From Acidobacteriota bacterium (GTDB taxonomy: Bacteria > Bacteroidota > Ignavibacteria > UBA10030 > UBA8401): a stretch of 64,000 bases of DNA. The stretch lies in assembly GCA_050258555.1 (NCBI GenBank), contig JBLMZA010000159.1, positions 1,906-65,905 of the forward strand. Direction: 5' to 3'. The translations under genes and the position numbers were made by a program. The notes below the pieces were generated by a model that saw nothing but the letters and a program-made list of their open reading frames with translations, did not search any database and had not been told where the DNA came from. Positions 39,026 to 46,032 of the stretch are shown in pieces. Each line of letters begins with the position of its first letter. The first letter of the stretch is position 1.

Positions 39026-40348
39026 GTGAAACTTTCTTCGCTGATAGGACATGCAATCGAGGCTGCGCTCGGCATCGAACACGAGCAGCGGCCCGCTGAT
39101 TCACTGATCGATTCATTTTTTCGTTCACGAAAATACCTCGGATCGCATGACCGCCGCTTCATCGCGGAAACGGTCTACGGCATGCTGAGATGGAAGCTCA
39201 CCCTCGATGCGATCGTCGAGCGCGCCGTTCCGGCCGAAGCGCGCATGGGGCGCGATCTTTTTTCGTCGAATCTCATCACGTACCGCTGCGCGGCGTATCT
39301 TCTGCGTTCGGTGCGGCATGATGCCGCCGAGCTCGCACAGGAGTTCCCGGAATCCGCGCGCGCATCTGTCATGGAAATCGCAGCCCACGCGGACGATGCA
39401 GTCGCCGTCGACGATCCCGTTCAGGGACTTTCGTATGCGGAATCGTTTCCCGAATGGATGGCGGCGCAATGGATCGGCCGCTACGGCCGGGAAGAAGCGG
39501 TGAAGCTCTGCCATGCGCTGAACGAAAATGCGCCGGTCACGCTGCGTGTGAACACCATCAAGGCCACGGTTGAAGAATGCCGCGCCGCGCTCAGCCGCGA
39601 AGGCGTGGAATCGGAACCGACGAAGCTGTCTCCGTTCGGATTGAACCTCCGGCGGCGCATCAATGTGTTCCAGCTCGCCGCATTCAAGGAGGGACTCTTC
39701 GAAGTGCAGGATGAGGGAAGCCAGCTCCTGGCTCTCCTTGTCGATCCGAAACCTTCGGCGAAGGTCGTGGATGCCTGCGCCGGCGCCGGCGGCAAGACGC
39801 TTGCGCTCGGAGCGGTGATGAAGAACCGCGGCGTGATCTATTCGATGGATGTGCACACCGGCAGGCTCGAAGAGCTGCGGAAGCGCCTCCGACGCAGCGG
39901 CGCCGATACGGTGCGCGTTCGCGTGGTGGACGGAGAGACGCTGCCGGATGATCTCGCCGGCATCGCCGATAATGTGCTGGTGGACGCGCCATGCTCGGGA
40001 CTCGGCACCATCCGCCGGAATCCCGGCATGAAGTGGAGCGTCACGCCCCAGGTTGTTGAAGAGATCAGCATGAAGCAGCATCGGATCCTCGATCTGTATT
40101 CGAAAGCCGTCAAACCCTGCGGCATTCTCGTCTATGCCACATGCACGACGATGAAGGCGGAAAATGAGGATGTGGTCGAAGCGTTTCTCGCAGCGCATCC
40201 CGAATTCACGCTCGAGGATCCGGCGAAGCGCCTCGCGCGCTACGGTCTCGAGACGCTCGTCGACAGTCACTATTTCCAGCTGCTTCCTCACCGGCATGAC
40301 ACGGATGGATTCTTTGCAGCCGTCATGAAAAAAACAGGAACCGTATGA
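39026..40348 (+). CDS. RsmB/NOP family RNA m5C methyltransferase (second paralog)
   Basis: YLGSHDRR N-terminus, EVQDEGSQ, DACAGAGGKT, DAPCSG, YATCT; GTG start. Confidence 0.9.
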   Translation: MKLSSLIGHAIEAALGIEHEQRPADSLIDSFFRSRKYLGSHDRRFIAETVYGMLRWKLTLDAIVERAVPAEARMGRDLFSSNLITYRCAAYLLRSVRHDAAELAQEFPESARASVMEIAAHADDAVAVDDPVQGLSYAESFPEWMAAQWIGRYGREEAVKLCHALNENAPVTLRVNTIKATVEECRAALSREGVESEPTKLSPFGLNLRRRINVFQLAAFKEGLFEVQDEGSQLLALLVDPKPSAKVVDACAGAGGKTLALGAVMKNRGVIYSMDVHTGRLEELRKRLRRSGADTVRVRVVDGETLPDDLAGIADNVLVDAPCSGLGTIRRNPGMKWSVTPQVVEEISMKQHRILDLYSKAVKPCGILVYATCTTMKAENEDVVEAFLAAHPEFTLEDPAKRLARYGLETLVDSHYFQLLPHRHDTDGFFAAVMKKTGTV

Positions 40349-40863
40349 AAACATTCTCGATCGCTCTTGTCATCGCATTGTTCGCGCTTTCCGGCTGCTC
40401 GAAAGAATCGGAACAGTCGCTGTGGAAAAAAGTCGAAGCCTCGCGCGCCGGCAACAATTCCGATTCCACCATCCAGGTCTGCCGGCAGATCATCGCAGAC
40501 TATCCCTCGGGTAAGTTCGCTCCCGGCGCGCTCTATATGATCGCCGAGACGTACTACCGCGGCAAGCACGATCCGCGAACCGCAACGGGCTACTACCGGG
40601 ATTTCATCGCGAAATATCCCGATCTCGTGCAGACGCCGGTCGCGATGTTCCTGATCGGATTCATCTACAACAACGACCTCGGCAATCCCGACAGCGCGAA
40701 GATCGGCTATGAGCAGTTTCTGCAAAAGTATCCGAACCATGAACTGGCGAAATCGGCGCAGTTCGAACTCGAGAATCTCGGCAAGACGGCCGATGAGATT
40801 CTGAAAGACAAACAGCCTTCGGCGAAAGCGGGCGGACGCAGCGAGGGCGTCAGGCGAAAATAA
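40345..40863 (+). CDS. TPR lipoprotein (BamD/CpoB-like)
   Basis: Lipobox LSGC, TPR repeats (DYPSGKFAPGALY; KYPDL; KYPNHELA). Confidence 0.75.
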   Translation: MKTFSIALVIALFALSGCSKESEQSLWKKVEASRAGNNSDSTIQVCRQIIADYPSGKFAPGALYMIAETYYRGKHDPRTATGYYRDFIAKYPDLVQTPVAMFLIGFIYNNDLGNPDSAKIGYEQFLQKYPNHELAKSAQFELENLGKTADEILKDKQPSAKAGGRSEGVRRK

Positions 40864-40879
40864 CAGCGGGGAGAATGGT

Positions 40880-41797
40880 GTGGCCGAACAAGCGCTGACA
40901 TATCTGCAGCCCGGCGTCGTCTCGAAGCTCTCAAATATGGAGCTGCGTGCGCGCATGGTGGTGGAAGGCTTCATCACCGGTCTTCACAAGAGTCCGTACC
41001 ATGGATTCTCGGTGGAGTTTGCCGAACACCGGCAGTACATGCCGGGGGACGAGATCAGGCGCATCGACTGGAAGGTCTACGGAAAGACGGACCGCTATTA
41101 CATCAAGCAGTACGAGGAGGAGACGAATCTCAAGTCGTACATCGTGCTCGACGCCAGCAAATCGATGTCGTTCTCCTCGGCCAGGCATGGGTCTTCCGAT
41201 GTGCCGATCACGAAAAGCGCATACGCCTCGTACATCGCCGCATCCCTTGCCTACCTGATGATCCAGCAGCGCGATGCCGTCGGACTGATGACGTACGACG
41301 ATGCGATCCGCTCCATCATTCCCCCGCATGCCACAAAAGGCCATCTGCGACGCATCCTGATCGAACTCGAGCAGCTCGAGACCTCGAACCGGACGAAGAC
41401 GGGGTTTGCGCTCCACCGGCTTGCCGAACGCATGACGCGGCGCGGACTGGTGATCGTGCTGAGCGATCTGTTTGACGATCCGGCTCAGGTGCTCGCCGCG
41501 CTGAAGCATTTCCGGCACAATCACCATGATGTGCTCGTCATGCAGATCCTCGATCCGCTCGAGCAGAGCTTCGCCTTCGGCAGCGATGCGCTCTTCCGGG
41601 ATGTGGAGACGGGGGACCAGCTGGCCACGCAGCCGTATCAGATACAGCGCGCGTATCAGAGAGAGATGAAGGAATTCCTCGACCGCTACAAGCGGGAATG
41701 CCGCGAGAACAACATCGACTACGTCCTGCTCGACACGTCGACCCCGTTCGACATGGCGCTTGTCAACTACCTGAACAAGAGGAAGCGCATTGGTTGA
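40880..41797 (+). CDS. DUF58 domain protein
   Basis: GLHKSPYHGFSVEFAEHRQYMPGDEIRRIDWKV, YEEETN, DASKSM, VIVLSD. Confidence 0.92.
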   Translation: MAEQALTYLQPGVVSKLSNMELRARMVVEGFITGLHKSPYHGFSVEFAEHRQYMPGDEIRRIDWKVYGKTDRYYIKQYEEETNLKSYIVLDASKSMSFSSARHGSSDVPITKSAYASYIAASLAYLMIQQRDAVGLMTYDDAIRSIIPPHATKGHLRRILIELEQLETSNRTKTGFALHRLAERMTRRGLVIVLSDLFDDPAQVLAALKHFRHNHHDVLVMQILDPLEQSFAFGSDALFRDVETGDQLATQPYQIQRAYQREMKEFLDRYKRECRENNIDYVLLDTSTPFDMALVNYLNKRKRIG

Positions 41798-42341
41798 ATT
41801 CAAAGATGAGTACCGCATACTCGATGTCGGCTGCGGGATGAGAAAGAGGGAAGGAGCAGTGGGCATCGATGTCAATCCGAGATCGGATGCCGACGTCGTC
41901 CACGATTTGAACATCACGCCGTATCCCTTCGTCTCGAATCACTTCGACGAAATCTGGTGCGACAATGTGCTCGAGCATCTGGACAACGTCGTGAAAGTGA
42001 TGGCGGAGCTTCACCGCATCGCAAAACCTTCGGCCAGACTCACCATCATCGTTCCGTTCTATCCTCACCGTCAGGCGAACACCGATCCGACGCATCTGCA
42101 TTGGTTCGGTTTCCATTCGTTCGATTACTTCACCTCCGGCAATTCCTATGCCGACTTCCGGTATTCCGGAGTCCGCTACGATCTGCTGTCGGCCGAATAC
42201 GAACGCGGACGTACGCCGCAGCACTGGCTCGACCGGATGATCAAGCGCTTCGCGAACCGGCATCCGGATCTCTACGAGAACCGCTTCGCCAATCTGTTTC
42301 CGCTGCGTTCTCTTACATTCGTCCTCAAAGCCGTGAAGTAG
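41790..42341 (+). CDS. Class I SAM-dependent methyltransferase (type 11)
   Basis: ILDVGCG, NVLEHL, HRIAKP, DPTH; TTG start overlapping the DUF58 stop. Confidence 0.8.
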   Translation: MVEFKDEYRILDVGCGMRKREGAVGIDVNPRSDADVVHDLNITPYPFVSNHFDEIWCDNVLEHLDNVVKVMAELHRIAKPSARLTIIVPFYPHRQANTDPTHLHWFGFHSFDYFTSGNSYADFRYSGVRYDLLSAEYERGRTPQHWLDRMIKRFANRHPDLYENRFANLFPLRSLTFVLKAVK

Positions 42342-42446
42342 CACGCCCTTGCGCGCAGCGGGGGAAGCCGCGTGCAAGGACAAAAAAAAACGGCGAGCGC
42401 AGCATGGAGTCTGCGCGCGCCGGGCATCAATCGTTCGGGAAGGATC

Positions 42447-42860
42447 TTACTTTTTCTCTTTGGGGCTTTTCGATTCCTTCGTGTCCTTCATTTCCTTCAT
42501 GTCCTTGGTGTCCTTCTTCGTCTTCAGTCCCTCGAGGTAGGACGCCAGTTCCTTCAGATCGGTTTCGGAGCCGCTGAATTTCATTCCATGCTTCTTGCCG
42601 TGCAGGTCCGTTTCCTTCTTCAGATATTTTTCGATATCATCGGCCTTCATGTCAGCGCCCACGGCGGAGAGGTCGGGGGGACCGGCTTTCGTGACGGCGC
42701 CTTTTTTGGCGATGCCATCCGACTGGATGGAATGGCATTGGTTGCATTTCTTGTCAAGGAATACCTGCTTTCCCTTCGGCGTGTCTTTCGACGAAGAATC
42801 TTCCGCCCAGGCCGTGCCGATGACGAAAAGGCTGACGAGCAACGCAAGTGTGAGTTTCAT
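42447..42860 (-). CDS. Periplasmic monoheme cytochrome c with Lys-rich repetitive tail
   Basis: Signal peptide, CNQCH heme motif, GPPDL, HGKKHGMKF candidate distal ligand. Confidence 0.85.
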   Translation of the reverse strand: MKLTLALLVSLFVIGTAWAEDSSSKDTPKGKQVFLDKKCNQCHSIQSDGIAKKGAVTKAGPPDLSAVGADMKADDIEKYLKKETDLHGKKHGMKFSGSETDLKELASYLEGLKTKKDTKDMKEMKDTKESKSPKEKK

Positions 42861-43051
42861 GTGTCTTTCCTCCTTAGATTGTGTGAATGGTCTCTTCCGG
42901 TCCGTGACGCAATGGAACCCGGCGTTGATGGAGCCTGTGCGATCCAATGATAGTGGAATATACAATGACGGAGACTGACAAGCAAAGGAATAATTAAGAG
43001 AAAATTGTCCGACATGAACGATTCAGGCGGCCGCCGGGCGTCGGGGCGGAC

Positions 43052-43095
43052 TTGACTATAAAATATCGAAAGTTTAATATTTATCGAATTTATAG
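43052..43095 (+). promoter_or_regulatory. sigma70-type promoter overlapped by an imperfect inverted repeat (putative operator)
   Basis: TTGACT-N17-TAATAT (43052-43080); CTATAAAATATCGA...TCGAATTTATAG. Confidence 0.55.
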
Positions 43096-43107
43096 AAAGA
43101 TCAGGCA

Positions 43108-43167
43108 ATGGCATCCATACTCTCCTCCTCCCAGAAACAATTCATCGAAGAGATGGGCAATCTCTAA
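43108..43167 (+). pseudogene. Possible N-terminal remnant of a GbsR/MarR-type regulator (or a leader peptide): MASILSSSQKQFIEEMGNL*
   Basis: First ATG after the promoter; QFIEEMG resembles the first helix of GbsR-family regulators; stops after 19 codons. Confidence 0.3.
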
Positions 43168-43277
43168 GGCGGCAGGAGGCAGGAACGCGGGAACGTCGAA
43201 CGAAGTTGTCATAGAAGGTGCGGAATGTGTTCCGTCCAAGGAAAAAATTCCGAAATCAACAAAAATACGGTCCTTTT

Positions 43278-44270
43278 ATGAAACGATATGCGCGCATTAC
43301 GGCAACGGGACGATACATACCCGAGAAGATCGTCACGAATGCCGACCTGGATGAAATGCTGGGAGAGAATGTCGGGGACTGGCTTGTCGAGAATGTCGGC
43401 ATTCAGGAACGGCATGTGATGGCCCCGGAACAGACCACATCGGACATGGTCGTGGCTGCGGCGCATCAGGCGCTTCAGCGCGCCGGACTGCTTCCCGAAG
43501 AGCTCGATCTGATCATCGTTGCCACGGACACGCCCGATTATATCAGTCCGGCCACAGCTTCTGCGGTGCAGGCCAAGCTCAGCGCGAAGAACGCTGGCAC
43601 GTTCGACATCAACTGCGCCTGCGCCGGATGGGTGACGGCGCTCGACATGGCCGCACGCTATATTGCCACAGACACGGTCTACAAGCACATTCTTGTGGCC
43701 GGCGGATACGGCATGACGAAGTTCATCGATTGGAAGGATAAATACACCTGCACGCTCTTTGCCGACGGCGCAGCATGCGCCATCGTGAGTCAGAGCGACA
43801 CGCCGGGACATCTGGCCGGAAAGCTGAGCGCCGAGGGATCCTATCATGACGCCATGGGAATCTATACCGGCGGCACATACCGGCCCGCGACGCCGCAAGC
43901 GGTAAAGAAGACAGGGAAGCCGCGCGTCGAATTCGTCCGCAAGCTTCCCGCGACATTCAACAGCGACAACTGGCCCGAACTGATCCGCGCGGTCGTGGCG
44001 AAGGCCGGCATCTCGGTGGATGATGTGGGGCTCTTCCTCTTCACGCAGCTCAATCTCCGCACGATCGAGTTCGTGATGGAGAACCTGAAGCAGCCGATGT
44101 CGAAGACGCACTGGATCATGGACAAGTGGGGATACATCGGATCGGCATGCATACCCGCGGCGCTCGACGACGTGATCGAAAACGGCCGCGATCCGAAGCC
44201 GGGCGAATATATCGTCTTCTGCGCCACTGGCGGCGGCATGGCAATGGCATGCTCATTATGGAAATGGTGA
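43278..44270 (+). CDS. FabH/KAS III-like protein with non-canonical catalytic residues
   Basis: FabH scaffold (GIQERH, ATDTPD, FDINCACAG, LFADGA, GGG) but FTQLN and GYIGSAC replace PHQAN and GNTSAAS. Confidence 0.88.
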   Translation: MKRYARITATGRYIPEKIVTNADLDEMLGENVGDWLVENVGIQERHVMAPEQTTSDMVVAAAHQALQRAGLLPEELDLIIVATDTPDYISPATASAVQAKLSAKNAGTFDINCACAGWVTALDMAARYIATDTVYKHILVAGGYGMTKFIDWKDKYTCTLFADGAACAIVSQSDTPGHLAGKLSAEGSYHDAMGIYTGGTYRPATPQAVKKTGKPRVEFVRKLPATFNSDNWPELIRAVVAKAGISVDDVGLFLFTQLNLRTIEFVMENLKQPMSKTHWIMDKWGYIGSACIPAALDDVIENGRDPKPGEYIVFCATGGGMAMACSLWKW

Positions 44271-44312
44271 CGGCACACGACTCTCTCTTTCTCTGGAAAG
44301 GACAATAACACA

Positions 44313-45593
44313 ATGACCACACGAAAACTCGGACGGGGCGTTGCACTCGTGGGAGCCGGCATGAGCCGGTTCGGGGCGTTTCCCGGCAAGAGCACGCGCG
44401 ATCTGCTTGCGGAAGCCTATCGCGACATGATACAGACGGTGGACCGCGGATTCGATCCGAATGCGGTTCAGGCGCTCTACATCGGCAATTTTTCAAGCGA
44501 GCTGTTTGAAGGGCAGGGACACACCGCGCCGATCATGGCCGACTGGCTGGGACTGTCGAATCGTCCCGCAACGCGCGTGGAGAATGCGTGCGCAAGCGGC
44601 GGCTCGGCGCTTCGCGAGGCGGTGCTGGCAATCGCCTCGGGCATCTACGATGTCGTGCTCGTGGGCGGCATCGAAAAGATGACGGATCTGCCGATCGAAC
44701 GTGTCACCGACGCGCTTGCCACCGCCGGAGACACGCTCTTCGAAATCCCGTCGGGATTCACATTCCCCGCATTTTATGCGACGATGGCGGCGGCCTATCT
44801 CGCGCGTTATGAAGCCGCGAAAGGGAAATCGGGCGCCGATGCGCTGCTGGCCGTGGGCATGAAGAATCATGCGAACGGCAGGCTCAATCCCAAGGCGCAT
44901 ATCGGCATGAGCATCTGCGACGTGATGGAAGGGAAGAAAGCCGCTGCGGTGAAGAAGGGCAAGCCTGTTCCCGAATGGAATACGGAGATGGAATTTCTGC
45001 TCGATGAGCGCGCCAATCCGATGATCGCATGGCCGCTACGTCTTTTCGACTGCTCCCCGGTATCGGATGGAGCGGCGAGTCTCCTGTTGGTGAGCGAGGA
45101 ACTGGCCTCGTCGTTTTCCGAGACGCCGCTGCACATCATCGGCACGGGACAAGCCAGCGACAGTCCGCTGCACAGCCGGCCCGATATCACGACGCTCCGC
45201 TCGGCGCGTCTTGCAGCGAATCAGGCATACGATCTTGCACAGGTGACGCCGGCCGATATCAGCGTGGCCGAAGTGCACGACTGCTTTACGATTGCCGAAG
45301 TGATCGCAACCGAAGACCTCGGATTCTTCGGGCCCGGCCAGGGTGGCGTTGCGGCGATCGAAGGCGTGACCGCGTTGCGCGGAGCGCGTCCTGTCAACAC
45401 ATCGGGAGGATTGAAATCGAAAGGCCATCCGGTCGGCGCTTCGGGCGTGGCGCAGGCGGTGGAGATGTGGAAGCAGCTCCGGGGGGAAGCCGGCATGCGC
45501 CAGGCTCCCGGCGACATCCGTCTCGGTCTCACGCATAACGTGGGCGGAACGGGACAGACAACCGTCGTGCATATTTTTGAAAGGAGAAAGTAA
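44313..45593 (+). CDS. Thiolase family protein (archaeal / SCP2-type, HDCF)
   Basis: ENACASG, GIEKMTD, DCSPVSDGAA, EVHDCFT, NTSGGLKSKGHPVGASG, HNVGG. Confidence 0.92.
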   Translation: MTTRKLGRGVALVGAGMSRFGAFPGKSTRDLLAEAYRDMIQTVDRGFDPNAVQALYIGNFSSELFEGQGHTAPIMADWLGLSNRPATRVENACASGGSALREAVLAIASGIYDVVLVGGIEKMTDLPIERVTDALATAGDTLFEIPSGFTFPAFYATMAAAYLARYEAAKGKSGADALLAVGMKNHANGRLNPKAHIGMSICDVMEGKKAAAVKKGKPVPEWNTEMEFLLDERANPMIAWPLRLFDCSPVSDGAASLLLVSEELASSFSETPLHIIGTGQASDSPLHSRPDITTLRSARLAANQAYDLAQVTPADISVAEVHDCFTIAEVIATEDLGFFGPGQGGVAAIEGVTALRGARPVNTSGGLKSKGHPVGASGVAQAVEMWKQLRGEAGMRQAPGDIRLGLTHNVGGTGQTTVVHIFERRK

Positions 45594-45594
45594 G

Positions 45595-46011
45595 ATGGCG
45601 GCATCGATGATCACGACAGAAACCACCATACAGGACCGTGCAGCGCAGAGGTTGACCGGAAGCCGTTCAGCCGACGGAAAAACGATCTTCGTTCCGGCGC
45701 GTCCAATCGATCCCGCCGATCCGCTGGCGGAACTCGAAACGGTTGAACTCAGCGGCAGGGGAACGCTTGTCTCGTTTTCCGTCGTCCCCGTTGCCTCTTC
45801 AGAGATGATCGCGGCCGGATACGGCAGGGACAATCCCCATGCGGTCGGCATCGTCCGGCTCGAAGAGGGGCCGTGCATCAGCGCGCAGATCATCGGCATC
45901 GACATGAAGCATCCGGACACGGTGGCGCCCGGATTGGCAATGAAGGCGGAATTCATCGAGCGCACCGCCGGCGCAACGAAAAAAATCGTTCTCGCATTCC
46001 GTCCCGCATAA
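45595..46011 (+). CDS. DUF35 / ChsH2-like OB-fold protein lacking the Zn-ribbon cysteines
   Basis: ELSGRGTLVSFSVV, PHAVGIVRLEEGP OB-fold; the knuckle positions read RSADG and IDPAD. SD AAGGAG upstream. Confidence 0.82.
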   Translation: MAASMITTETTIQDRAAQRLTGSRSADGKTIFVPARPIDPADPLAELETVELSGRGTLVSFSVVPVASSEMIAAGYGRDNPHAVGIVRLEEGPCISAQIIGIDMKHPDTVAPGLAMKAEFIERTAGATKKIVLAFRPA

Positions 46012-46032
46012 CATCGATCGGAAAGAAAAAAC

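Noticed and set aside
43278-46011. Calling the trio a mevalonate (HMG-CoA synthase) or DAPG (phl) locus
   Set aside because: The first gene has FabH-type rather than HMGS-type motifs, and no hmgR/mvk or phlD is in the window.
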